The notes: generated from the sequence alone by a model not told the origin. 63,580 nt of DNA, filler included, from Reticulomyxa filosa (GCA_000512085.1; 16 parts of 16 records of this genome joined end to end with filler, not necessarily neighbours in it), one strand, 5' to 3'. Shown: positions 12,838-25,081, counted from the first letter of the whole stretch. Numbers and translations are program-made.

Positions 12838-14358
12838 TCATAAACACACAAACACAATCCAAAAAAAAAAAAAAAGAGCGACAAGAAAATTATTTTTCTT
12901 GACATCCTCATCGAGTTTATGAAAGCCACACAAAGTGAGAATGACCTGAGCATAGACTTGGTTTTTGGTCTGAAGATGTTTGAGCACCCATTGACGAAAC
13001 TCCTCCCTGCCATAGGCCTGCAGAATGTTGCAGAGATCGACTTCAGCACGACTGACAATGATACGCGTGAGCATTTCGTAATGTTTGCCAGGAGTGACGA
13101 CAGCTTTGCGCAAGAGATCGGCCAAGAGTTCATATCTGCGCGTGGCATAATAAAGGGTGATATTGCACGCGTAGCCAGTTTCGCTTTGTTCTTTGAATGA
13201 CTGTTTGATGACTTGAATCAGGTCTTTTCCCTGAGAAATTTGTTGAAAGGCCACGGCCATGGCAGCCAAATGTTCATAGCTACGTAGACTAAAGATTTCC
13301 ACAAATGGGGATTTGTCGAGTTTATCAGACTGCGACGCTTTGACAAGCATATGTGCATCTTGCAACACAATCTGTTCATCGATGGGTACGACATCACTGA
13401 CACGACCTTTTTCAAGCAGATTGCTAAAGAAGCCATAAATGGTACGTTTATGGAAGAACCAACCCGATGTCTGATCCAACACACTTTTCACTAAAGGGGT
13501 CTTTGGATACAGACGGTCGTACGCGGCATGTGCGAGACGTACGTGCTCCGCCGACGGCATGGTACATAAGATCGTTAGCAATAGGTTCACCGACTTCTTA
13601 CGCAGTGCAACATGCAACCAATGTGCATCGTAGTCGAACCTCGTCATCGTCAATGCCGAAAGGATGTCTTGTAACTTATTCTTTGTGTTGCCACGGATTA
13701 ACTTATGCAAATGATGCGACTTGTGCTTCGTACCGTATGCCAACACCACTTGCATACGCTGATCCTCGTTTAGCACGCACAGCTCGTGGATCAATACATC
13801 CACTATGTTCGCCTTCTTTTGAAACCATTTGCTTGCTACTTGATGTATACGTTTCGCAGTCGCTTCAGCATCAAACTCATCCTTATGCACACCCAACAAT
13901 GTCGGAATCGCTGGCACTGTCGATGGTAATGCCAATTTCCCTTCCGGTTCCAAATATGCCTCACTCACGTCAATACCCAAATCTTCACTCAATAACATTG
14001 CTTGCATTGGTATATAAGCCACACTCTCGGCGCGCTGTTGCACTACTTCAGTATCTATTTCATTCTTCTCATTGCTATTGCTATTGCTATTGCTATTGCT
14101 ATTCATACTTTTGCCATTGCTATTCTCGTGTTCTTCTTTCTGATCGCTTGCCAAGTGCGGCATTGCCCCCGGCTCTAGTAGGTAACTTTCGTCGTCCAAC
14201 GCCTCTTGTGGAGGCGCGCTTGGCTCGTTACTCACCATGCTTGCTATGCTTCCTATGTTCCTTTCGTCCGTTGACACGCCGCCTGGCTCCACGCTTTCCT
14301 TCTTATTTAATAGCGCTTTCAGGTCTGGGTACGATGGAGCGTCAAGCTCAAGGTCCAT
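12838..14358 (-). CDS. Divergent annexin with long acidic N-terminal extension
   Basis: Four annexin-like repeats ('FDAEATAKRIHQ', 'FDYDAHWLHVAL..LLLTILCT', 'QDAHMLVKA..FVEIFSLRSYEHL', 'LADLLRKAV..LTRIIVSRAEVDLCNI'). The last ~20 aa of the ORF are probably intron, so the true 3' end is uncertain. Confidence 0.8.
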   Translation of the reverse strand: MDLELDAPSYPDLKALLNKKESVEPGGVSTDERNIGSIASMVSNEPSAPPQEALDDESYLLEPGAMPHLASDQKEEHENSNGKSMNSNSNSNSNSNEKNEIDTEVVQQRAESVAYIPMQAMLLSEDLGIDVSEAYLEPEGKLALPSTVPAIPTLLGVHKDEFDAEATAKRIHQVASKWFQKKANIVDVLIHELCVLNEDQRMQVVLAYGTKHKSHHLHKLIRGNTKNKLQDILSALTMTRFDYDAHWLHVALRKKSVNLLLTILCTMPSAEHVRLAHAAYDRLYPKTPLVKSVLDQTSGWFFHKRTIYGFFSNLLEKGRVSDVVPIDEQIVLQDAHMLVKASQSDKLDKSPFVEIFSLRSYEHLAAMAVAFQQISQGKDLIQVIKQSFKEQSETGYACNITLYYATRRYELLADLLRKAVVTPGKHYEMLTRIIVSRAEVDLCNILQAYGREEFRQWVLKHLQTKNQVYAQVILTLCGFHKLDEDVKKNNFLVALFFFFWIVFVCL

Positions 14359-14571
14359 GTTGCCTTTTTGCAGTAGTGCACGGAAGATGGATGACGGAAA
14401 AGAAAATAAAGCTATTCATATATATATATATATATATCTACCTTGTGTCATTCTAGCTCAATTGATTTCGANNNNNNNNNNNNNNNNNNNNNNNNNNNNN
14501 NNNNNNNNNNNNNNNTTAATTAATTAANNNNNNNNNNNNNNNNNNNNNNNNNNNNNNNNNNNNNNNNNNNN

Positions 14572-15256
14572 TGTTTCACATTCCATAAATTAGTTGTTTT
14601 ATCACTTGATGATGATACAACCATTTTACTATTTGATGAAAATTGTTTTATTCATCTTCACTATCCATATAATTTGTTGTTTATGTGTTTTTTCATCTGC
14701 AAGTAAAAAACATTTTTGAATAATTAATTAAACATTTCTCGATTTATTTTTAATTCATTTTCTTCTTTCAGCCTATCATATATTATATTTGTATTTGTTA
14801 ATTTTATTGTATATTTTATTCATATTTAACTCATTCAAGTTGAAAGTTGCACAAAATTCTATTAATTTCTCCAAGTTGATTACCAAAATTCTGGGATAAC
14901 ACCATTAAATAATGCTGGTGTTGTAAATTTGTACTGTATTAAAAAATATGAAGCAATACGATGTTTTTGTGTATTAAAAAAAAGAAAAAAATGTATTATT
15001 ACGTATTTTCTGTTATCCAAGTTAAGATAACCTTTGTCTTTTCAACATTTCTGTTATACCCATTCCATGCTTTTAAGATAATATCTTTATCTAGCTTGGG
15101 AAATGTATAGGGGAAGTTTTCAAAAGGAAATTTTATTTTATTTTGGCAACTTCTTGAGCTCGCTAATACCTTTTTTGAAAGCATAAGCATGACTCGCGGC
15201 ATCAAAAGTGATCTAAAAGATTTTTGTCCTTGAATAATTTTTGTAGATTCTAACAT
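14572..15256 (-). pseudogene. Degraded paralog of the CUE-like/PUB-like family gene at 21274, ending in a WD40-like fragment
   Basis: 'TFPKLDKDIILKAWNGYN' and 'QHQHYLMVLSQNFGNQL' parallel 'SFPKIKSEMISTIWKYC' and 'QQQELLIKLFEDFNERI'. Multiple stops. 'VSSSSDKTTNLWNV' lies at the contig edge. Confidence 0.5.
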
Positions 15257-16067
15257 AAAAATGACTTTTTTGGCATGTGCAAAAGTTGAACTAAACGAAA
15301 AAAATGGCTAGACTATTTCCACCTTTGAATTTTTTGCTCATGCATAAGAAATTTTTACTAAACATTAGTCTAAAAAAAAGTCGTCAAAACTTTTGCAATG
15401 CTTTTATGTTTATGCAACCATGCATAAAAAAAAGTCACTACGTGGAAAGTAGAACTTCCAGTGAAGAGCTTTTATGATCATAAAAGATTATTTTGAGCAC
15501 ATACATCAATTAAAAAAAATGATGTAGAAAAAGGATACAAATGAACATAAGGAAATAAACATTGCACGAAATGGATTTATTCCAAAGAAAATCCGTCCAG
15601 TAAATTAAGTACAGTTAAAAAAAGAAAGAATATTATAATGTTCTAACGTCATCCTAAAATTTTATCGATACTTAAGCTTTAGCACAATTTCGCTACAACT
15701 ACCAAAGGTAAAAAACTGGAGTGAGGACAATGGTTCCTATTTAATTTTTTTTCTTAGACTCCTCCAAGCTCAAATTATTTCGGCAAATAATTATAATTTA
15801 TATATAGCAAAAAAGAAAAAAACAAATATGATAGTCTCATCATCTTCATTTTAAATCATATTCAAGCTCAATGCAACACTCTGAAACAGGAATTGTTAAT
15901 TTTCGATGCCTCTACCAACCAATGCAGATAGGTATGCAAGTTACCAGAAGACTATGCGGCATGCGAANNNNNNNNNNNNNNNNNNNNNNNNNNNNNNNNN
16001 NNNNNNNNNNNTTAATTAATTAANNNNNNNNNNNNNNNNNNNNNNNNNNNNNNNNNNNNNNNNNNNN

Positions 16068-16503
16068 AAAAAAAAAAATACACACAGAAACGAATAAATA
16101 AAACAAAATACGATATAACAATTGATGCCAATGGCAACAATAAAAACCTGTATGTAAAAACGCACCACATGCTAATTTTGTAAAGCGTGTAAAAAAAAAA
16201 ATTGGCAGCATAGGGTAAATGGCATATCCATTTGAGATGGAATTGAGGCCCAGGTATGAAAATATTAGTTAGAAATATCCCGTAGTAACAGCCTACAAGT
16301 CCCGCACTTATCATTGTGATAATAGTACAACCCACCATTAACCACCATGCCGATTCGTGTTTTGCTCTCGACTCGTTCATTTTCTTCGTGAAGAAGTTGC
16401 AAGTCATCGCTCCCAACACAAATGACACGAGCATGCCCAATAAACCAAATGCGACACCCACCAACAACCAGCTTGATGGAAGTCCGTCATCAGGAATCGT
16501 CAT
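16068..16503 (-). CDS. Multi-pass membrane protein (7TM-receptor-like), first exon only
   Basis: Three hydrophobic helices, with a Cys at the start of the third and 'FTYR' after it, then an intron and the contig end. Confidence 0.5.
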
Positions 16504-17300
16504 TCTTTGATATTTTTTTTGGGTTTACTTACGGTCAAGAAGTCAAGATTTGATCTATATTCTTTGATTGCGTTTTACAATATCTTTTTACGTTATTTGA
16601 AAAGATCTCTGCTGTGAATAAAGATATAAACACTGAAACGTTGTCTTTTGTTGATGCATTTGTGCAATGCTGAAAACATCCGAGCATATGTTCATATGAT
16701 GTAAAATTTCGACATGAAGTTACCATTACACAAACGCACTCTAAAAGATCCAATGTATGGACTTACAAAGAAAAAACAACAACAAAAACACACAATGATC
16801 TCAAACATCAACAGTTTTTAAAAACCGCTCTAAACAATTCCAATACCAAAAATGGTTCGAGTAAGCCAGTCTTTAAATTAATTTTTTGGATTTGCAATGA
16901 GACCATTCAAAGCAAATTTCCAAAATTGAAAATCTAAAATAATAATAAAAAATTCAACTTCTTCCAACCACGCAAAGAGCCGCTAGTCATGGACAAATAT
17001 TACGTCTTCTCAGCAATGGCACAAAAATAAAAGTAAATAAATAAACAAAAGAAGAATAAAACAGATCAAAACAAAAAACCAAAAAAAAAATCTCTGCTAT
17101 GGGTTACGCAACTGAATGACAATATAAAAAAAACAAACAAAAGATCAATGATTTTGAAACGTGCAAGTTACAAAGGGCAAGAGATGAATGGATGAAGAAA
17201 AGTAAAGTAGGAAGAGAGAGAGGAAAAAATTGAGTTTTCTTAAAACAACGAACAATAAAAAAACATTTACATTTAATAAAGCCATGAAAATCCTCTTTTC

Positions 17301-17336
<36 letters not shown>

Positions 17337-17342
<6 letters not shown>

Positions 17343-18233
17343 TTTGCATCCAGGACACGGACAAATATCTTGTTGCTGATAAGAAGTAAAGATGCTCGAT
17401 TGAGTACCATCATGAACCTGATTAATAACATTGGACGAATCTTTATTTTGGCTACACACTTTAGCAAAAACATTTGTGCAGGTCATTAATGTAGGTACTC
17501 TCAAAAAAACATGTTTTCTTTTTTTCTCTTTTTCTTTGTGTGACGTGTTCCCATTTTCTTGTTCTTCATTGTTCCCGATATCTTCTTTAGCCACATTTCC
17601 TTTTTTGTCATGTATTTGACAAGATTCATTCGATTCATATTTTGTTTCATCGCAAGCGCGATTGCAATCACAAACACAAACGTTGTTGCAATCATTGTCG
17701 TTGTCACAGCAATGAGAATTATCATATTTCTTTTCCTCATCGCATTGGGCGTGGTGAGTGGATTGTGAAGATATGAAATGACACTGATGTTGCTGATGAT
17801 GATGTTGATGATGTTGATGATGTTGATGACGATGATGATGAGAAGAAGAAGAGGGATCAGGATAAATTTTTTGTGAATAAGTGTGAATATTATTATTGTC
17901 ATTATTATGATCGTCATAATTATGGTTTTGAAAAAGACGATTTTTTTTGTGAACATTTTTTTTAGGATTGGAATGTGCGCAATGATAATCCTGTTGAATA
18001 TGTTGTTCCAGACTCTTCAACACCTGATCCAACCAAAATCTCCTTTCGCGACGAATGATTCCAAGCTTTTTCTTCATTTTCATTTGGAATTCTCGACAGC
18101 CACTTTTCGAGCATGACTCACTGCCCAAATCCAAGTCGTCGTCGTCATGGCCATCATTGGCATTGCGCGCTTTGCTGTTGGGATGTTGCAGATGAGCAGA
18201 GCTCACTACTTCAATTTTGTTTTCCTCTTCATC

Positions 18234-18265
<32 letters not shown>
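17337..18265 (-). CDS. Low-complexity His/Gln/Asn/Cys-rich hypothetical protein, partial
   Basis: 289-aa ORF, open to the contig edge, with HHQ repeats and 'CCDNDNDCNNVCVCDC'. It ends at 'CPCPGCK' followed by a GT donor. No family recognised. Confidence 0.45.
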
Positions 18266-21200
18266 NNNNNNNNNNNNNNNNNNNNNNNNNNNNNNNNNNN
18301 NNNNNNNNNTTAATTAATTAANNNNNNNNNNNNNNNNNNNNNNNNNNNNNNNNNNNNNNNNNNNNGGAAAGTGAGTAGTGCTAAGAAGAGGGTTTTAACC
18401 CACTGGGGGGTCCCAACATTCCGTTAGTAATGTAGTGACTTTCCCTACAATATATTGAAGAAATTACAATCGATAGATCCAATTATTGAATGAACGAAAA
18501 TGTATTGTTTTTGTAGTTGATATTGGGCCAAATTGACAAGCTGAACGGCTTTTTTTCCAAATTGAATTTGTGAGAATTCGTTTTGAATAAACATTCAATG
18601 GAAACACAATGTTGTGATGACCAAAATATTTTTTTCAATAAGTGCAAAAGGACAAATTTTTACTTTCTACAAATTTTGTCACAGAATAGAGGGTGATTTG
18701 CTCGTGCATTTTCATCTTCAAACAAACAAAATGAATACAACTTTAAAAATGCTACAATACTTAAACATACGACGCACGAGAATGAATCATATGCATAATG
18801 TAAGGATTAACCATTTACTGTTGCAAGTCGGCTTGCCATCTAAGAACTAAATCCAAAGTTTCAATTGGCCAATTTCTTGAGCAAGATGCCAAAACTAGAT
18901 TTCAATCTATTTGTTTGCCGCGGATGTTACTATTTATCATATTGTCAATTGCATTCATATCGTTTCCCGTAGTGCCTTTATCGGCGACGACATCAACGAA
19001 TTGGAAGCTATGTTAATAATTTTCCTGGTCACGTTCGATATTGGGCTACTCGTGGCAATACGATTTGGAGAAGCAGATCAATCGCATACAAATAGTCTAA
19101 CTACCATCTGTTGCCGAGGATAAAAACGTTCAATACTTTCAACAAATCATTCAAACAATCAAGGCAATAGCCTGCAAATAGAATACGTGTTATATCAACA
19201 TCACTTTGAATAAATTGTTCATAACTTTCACTTGACACAATATTCTTTTTGAATAAAATCTTTTGTATTATTGTCTTGTTGTTTGAAGTCCACAACCATA
19301 TGAGGAAGACACAAATAATAGAGTATAAATTGAAAATGATTGAGTGGATGATGTTGGAGAAGAGAAAAATATTTCAACTGGCTTTTACGTACGTGTTAAA
19401 GATACTTTCTGCTAGGTCGATAGACAAACTGCATGAATTGTATTGGTTCAAATAAAAAACAGATAGTCACAAAAATACCATTGACTTTAAAGTTTATTTT
19501 CAAAATACTATCATTGTCGCTATAGTCATTTTTGCGATACAAGGTAACGATTATGTTTATATGGAAATCTTCTTTTTGATGGCGAGATGAACGATACGGA
19601 ATTTGGTCTTGTTATTCCCAATAATGACAAAGATTGTCCATCTTTTGCGAATGTATATGGAGGCAATGTTCGATTTATATTTTAATAATTTTTTTTATTC
19701 TTTATTCTTTTTTTTCTTTTTTTCATTAACACAAATTTCTTTTTTCATTATATTTTCCTTTTTTTTTCTAATAAAATATTTTCATTTTCTTTTTATACTT
19801 TTTTTCTTTTTTATTATCCTTTTTTTTTCAATTATTATCACACTTTTTTTTATCTTTTTCAATACACACTCTATCACCACTTACTTTTTTTTCAAATCAT
19901 TCTTAAAAATATATACATTCTGGACACTACAAGGCCATATATACGTTCAAACAAAGTTATATTTTTAATTTTTCAAGAACAAATTAAAATAAATAAATAC
20001 ATAGACGATATAGCTCTAGCTCCAATTAAAATTTTTTTTATCCTTTTAAAAAAAACACTAACTTTTTTTTTTTAGTGACAAATAAAAAAAACAATAATAA
20101 ATAAAAAAAATATTTTTCATTAAAGGAGAAATTCATATTTTATCACAAACTATATAACAAAGGAAAAAATAGATATATAAATATACAAACCTTTTTTCCT
20201 TTTCGAATGCGTTGTAGAATTTAACAACAATTATCTTTTTTGGTGTGTGTTGGGAAAGTGTATATAGAGTGATGGGCAATATCTTCGGTGACTGGTGAAT
20301 TACTGTATCACAAAACACAACAAGTTAATATATTTGTTTTTTTAAAAAAAGATAAACAAACTAATTTCTCTACTTTCGGATGTGGTGTAGTCTTATACAG
20401 CAAATATTCTTTTTGTTGTATATGTGCTCTCTATGGTGAAAAAAACATACAAGCAAACATCTTTATTTTTTGAACAAGATAAAAAATAAACTTAGTTTGT
20501 TGTAGTTGGGGCGTTGATTTAGAACTATATCTTGAAGCATCGATAATAATGCAATATAATTTTTTTAAATAATATAAATCACAACATAATTTGTAAATGT
20601 GATGTTATCAGTATTGGCAGGCAGTGATTACAATATGTGGTTGCTGGCTGCATGTCATAGTAGTTAGTGGTAATAGTGTGCGATGTTAGTAGATGGCTGT
20701 TGTACATCTCTTGCAATGATATTGAGCATCATGAAGTGTTGTTAAGAAGACGGATGATGATAGTCACTTAATAATGCAGGCATTGACAATGCATAAAGAA
20801 AATACAATGTGTTCTTCAAGCCTGTTGCAATTGATATGTATAACGATGACAGCATTTCCACTCCCAACATGCACACAAGTCATTTCCTCATCTATCCAAA
20901 TACTGAATGCTTTCACGTTCAAAATTAAAAAGGCTACTTTTCTCATTTCTTAAAAAGAAACGTCACAAACGCAGTAAATTGGGTAAACTTGAATTGAACT
21001 TCAAAATTGAATTTTATAAACAGTTTTCAATTTGCAATACTGTTAAAAAAAAGAAGATTATTTTACCGTCTTTTCTTTGGCACGAAAGGGAAAAGAAAAA
21101 AAAAAGTAGCCGAATTCTCATATTTCTCTTTCATGATATAAAATGAGCGTACTTTAAATAGTAAAAATTTGTGGAACTTTAAAGTTCAAAAAACAAAGCA

Positions 21201-21273
21201 ACAAGGGTAAACATTTTGTTTTTTTTAAGGCCTTTATTTCATCTAATAAAAAGCAATAATAGCTAATAGACAA

Positions 21274-21917
21274 ATGGAACAACTTCAACAATCTTTTCCT
21301 AAGATCAAAAGCGAAATGATTTCAACTATTTGGAAATATTGCAGCGAGGACATCTCTGAGGAACTGCGGTTTTGCGTTTCATTACCGAGAAAAAGTTCAC
21401 AAAAAAAAAATAAACTAGACACAGATTAATTTGAAATTTTTTAAAAATTTTAGCCTATGCCACCAACAACAAGAATTATTGATAAAATTATTCGAAGATT
21501 TTAATGAGCGAATTAATAAACAAACAATCTTGAAAATATTTGATGAATGTAAGCACAATTACGCTAATGCATTTGCAAAATTGGAACAGATTTCTTACAT
21601 TCCCAAGATTGACGAGTTTAAATCTGTGTGTATAAATATAAATACACAAATATTTGTTGAATAATTTTTTTTGGCTTTGATAAAATAGAAAAGAATTAGG
21701 AATACTACGAGAAATGTGTTTGCAAATATTGTGGAACCTTTTGAATTATCCCAAAGAAACTAAATATCGTCAAATTAGTGATCGTAATTTATATGACAAT
21801 TTAAAAAGTAAATGTTTTCGATTAAAGATTAATGAAAAAATTATGTTAGAAAAAATGGAATACCTTTTAAAGGGATTTGGATTTCAAAAAGGAAATGATG
21901 AAAATTGGTATTATCAA
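21274..21917 (+). CDS. CUE-like plus PUB-like domain protein (expanded family), 5' part, possibly a pseudogene
   Basis: 'LREMCLQILWNLLNYPKETKYRQI...LLKGFGF' matches the PUB pattern (N..P...KYR.I ... L...GF). Upstream exons contain '(S)FPKI' CUE-like helices. Truncated by the spacer. Confidence 0.6.
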
Positions 21918-22125
21918 NNNNNNNNNNNNNNNNNNNNNNNNNNNNNNNNNNNNNNNNNNNNTTAATTAATTAANNNNNNNNNNNNNNNNNNNNNNNNNNN
22001 NNNNNNNNNNNNNNNNNTTTTTTTTTTCAATTGAAAGAGATTTAAAAAAAAAAAAAAAGAGTTTGTTTGTTTAAATATACGTACTCTCTTTTTTTTTTTT
22101 TCCCCCTTTTTTTTTTCTTAATTAG

Positions 22126-24710
22126 TGAGAACGAAAAGAGGGGTTTTGAGCTACCGCCTACAGAATGGAGCCTGGGATATGGTTGCACTTGGCAGGAGGA
22201 GAGTTCTCAAGACATTGGGGAAGGTGGTATAAAGGCAAAGAATGTGACATTGAATGTGCAAAACAAAGTGGACATGGCGAAAGGATTTGCTCCGGAGCTA
22301 TTGGATGCAAATGGAATATTAAAAATTAAAGCACGAGACGTTAAAATGCAAGGATATCAATTACAGAGCGACACAAAAAGTTCGTCGCTATCCGCAAGTG
22401 TTGCTACTGACATGACAAAAATAACTCCCTCTGCGTGTTTTTCAAAATCGACAAAGTCGGAAATAAAAGCAGTTCACACGACACTTAACCCAAAGAATAC
22501 CCACATAGAAGCAGACAATGTAAATCTGATCGGCGTGAACGTGAATGCTCGCATGACAGGCCGTGTAAAAAAAATGGAGGCTGTAGCTATGCAGAGCACT
22601 ACGACCGAGTGCACCAATGGAGGTAAAGTCTCGGGAGAATATAGGGGACAATGGACTGGAGGGGAAATAGGTTATCAGCAAAAGCAATTGCGCAATGTAA
22701 CCACCGAAAAGATGGATCTTGTTGCCCTACATGGAAGTACTTTGGAAATTGACAGTGCACGTCTCACCTCGGTGCAAGATAGTGGGATAGTGGCGAATGA
22801 CGTAGCTCGAAACGAACTCAAGGACGTAGCGGAAAAGATGGAAATGGAATTTGGTCTTGGTGTCCACGCGAATGGATTTGAGGCTTCTGCACAAATAGAT
22901 AAAAGTGGATTTGATGCAGAGCATGGTAATTTTAGCTTGAAAGCGAAAATCAGGAATAGAGGACTCGATATGCATGTCAAAGATGGCGAACGCGAAGCTG
23001 GTGTTCAGCTCAGTACCAATGGATTTAATGCGCATATCAAAGATGGCGAACGCGGAGCTGGTGTTCAACTCAATACCAATGGATTTGATGCGCATATCAA
23101 AGATGGCAAACACGGAGCCAGTGTTCAACTCAATGCCAAGGGGTTTGGAGTGCATGTCAAAGATGGCGAACGCGAAGCCGGTGTTCAAATCAATACCAAC
23201 GGATTTGATGCACATATCAAAGATGGCGAACGCGAAGCTGGTGTTCAACTTAATACCAATGGATTTAATGCGCATATCAAAGATGGCAAACACGGAGCCG
23301 GTGTTCAATTCAATGCCAATGGATTTGATGCACATATCAAAGATGGCGAACGCGAAGCTGGTGTTCAAATCAATACCAATGGATTTGATGCACATATCAA
23401 AGATGGCAAACACGGAGCCGGTGTTCAACTCAATGCCAAGGGATTTGGGGTACATGTCAAAGATGGAGAACACAAAGCCGGTATTTACATCAATGACAGT
23501 GGGCTCGATAGTTCTTTCAATGAGCAACATATGAGTATACGTTTTGATCCATGCTACAACGGATATCAAGTTGGTGCAGGAATGAGGGATATGGAATTTA
23601 ATGCAATGTTCAATGGACACACTGTGGGCGCTGAGTTATGCGATCAACAATGTAGTGCGCATTTTGATGACAATGCACTCAACTTGCAAATGAAAGACAA
23701 AAAATTTGATGCCAAAATCAATCAACACAATTTTGGCGCGCAAAAACTAGAAAACGGATTTCATGCGTATTGTGATGACTACAAACTTGGTTTGCAGATG
23801 AAAGACAAAGGATTTGATGCCGAAATTAATCAACATAATTTTGGCGTGCAAAAACTAGAAAAAGGATTTCATGCGTATTGTGATGACTACAAACTTGGTT
23901 TGCAGATGAAAGACAAAGGGTTTGATGCCGAAATTAATCAACATAATTTTGGCGCGCAAAAAATAGAAAATGGATTCGCTGGCCATTATAACGATCACAA
24001 CGTCACGTTGCAAAAAGAAGATAAAGGAGTGAAGGGGACGTATAACGAAAACCAGTTTGGCGCAAGCAGAACAGAAAACGGAGTCGCTGGATATTATAAT
24101 GATCACAAAGTCACGCTGCAAAAAGAAGATGAAGGAGTGAAGGGAACGTATAACGAACATCAGTTTGGTGCACACAGGACAGAAAACGGAGTCGCTGCAT
24201 ACGTCGATAAGCACAAGGCTGGAGCCAGATTAGATAGTGATGGGTTTACTGCATACATTGATCAAAAAAATGTACACATCACCGCCAAGCAAGCAGCAAT
24301 AGCGACGTGTGTCACTGCTACTGTTGCTGTTGCTTATGGCTTATATAGAGTACTAAAGCTGAACAACTTGGAAGATGCCATTCAGAGTGCAAACAAAGAA
24401 AAGCGTATGCTAGAAGTACTAAAAAAAAAATTGGACAATCCGAACGATGTGATCAAGGTTATTTACGAAAAATGTTTGATCAACCCATTGAAAGAGACCT
24501 GCACAACTGCATTACCGCAGCTGTTTATTGAATTTTTCTGCAAATTTTGTGTGGACCAAACACTCAACATAACCACTCAAGACTATCTCAATCTACCCTT
24601 TTGCTACGCTCACCCGTTTCAAAAGAGTGGATTGAAGCTATTGTCAATAATGATCATTCTGCCATTATTCAATATACTCATAGCTTTGTTATTGCAAATA
24701 TCATCCCTTG
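22126..24710 (+). CDS. Large internal exon of a haemagglutinin-repeat (FHA-2-like), beta-repeat membrane protein
   Basis: About 860 open codons between a T-rich acceptor (ttaattag) and a GTTTGT donor. The N-part resembles TpsA haemagglutinin repeats, followed by 20-aa and 36-aa tandem repeats, a TM helix 'AAIATCVTATVAVAYGLY' and a second hydrophobic segment. Confidence 0.7.
22960..23490 (+). repeat. 60-bp coding tandem repeat, about 8.5 copies (GFDAHIKDGEREAGVQLNTN)
   Basis: Successive 60-nt lines 22981-23461 all begin 'agatgg' and are nearly identical. Confidence 0.95.
23680..24200 (+). repeat. 108-bp (36-aa) coding repeats, two sub-families
   Basis: LQMKDKxFDAxINQHNFGxQKLExGFHAYCDDYKLG occurs ~2.5 times, then GxAGxYNDHxVTLQKEDxGVKGTYNExQFGAxRTEN twice. 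Confidence 0.9.
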
Positions 24711-24724
24711 GTTTGTACCAAACT

Positions 24725-24767
<43 letters not shown>

Positions 24768-24867
24768 NNNNNNNNNNNNNNNNNNNNNNNNNNNNNNNNN
24801 NNNNNNNNNNNTTAATTAATTAANNNNNNNNNNNNNNNNNNNNNNNNNNNNNNNNNNNNNNNNNNNN

Positions 24868-24912
<45 letters not shown>

Positions 24913-25081
24913 CAGATTGATGAGAAGAACACGTACGTATACACATACATATATGTACATATATATATATATATATATACGTATATGCATATGTATACGT
25001 ACATATGTATATGCATATGTATACGTATATTGTTAAAAATTGATACCAAGAGACGGGTTGATGTGGTCCCACGTGGCAATA

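Noticed and set aside
13467-14456. 329-aa plus-strand ORF overlapping the annexin
   Set aside because: Antisense shadow of a GC-richer coding exon, with no recognisable motifs.
19603-19968. Phe-rich 121-aa ORF
   Set aside because: Translation of T-rich low-complexity non-coding or intronic DNA.
22960-23490. 60-bp periodic array as a possible CRISPR
   Set aside because: There are no unique spacers; whole units are repeated and in frame within a protein-coding exon of a eukaryote.
22727-23620. Long repetitive ORFs in alternative frames or strand of the repeat array
   Set aside because: They are stop-free only because the 60-bp unit lacks stops in those frames.
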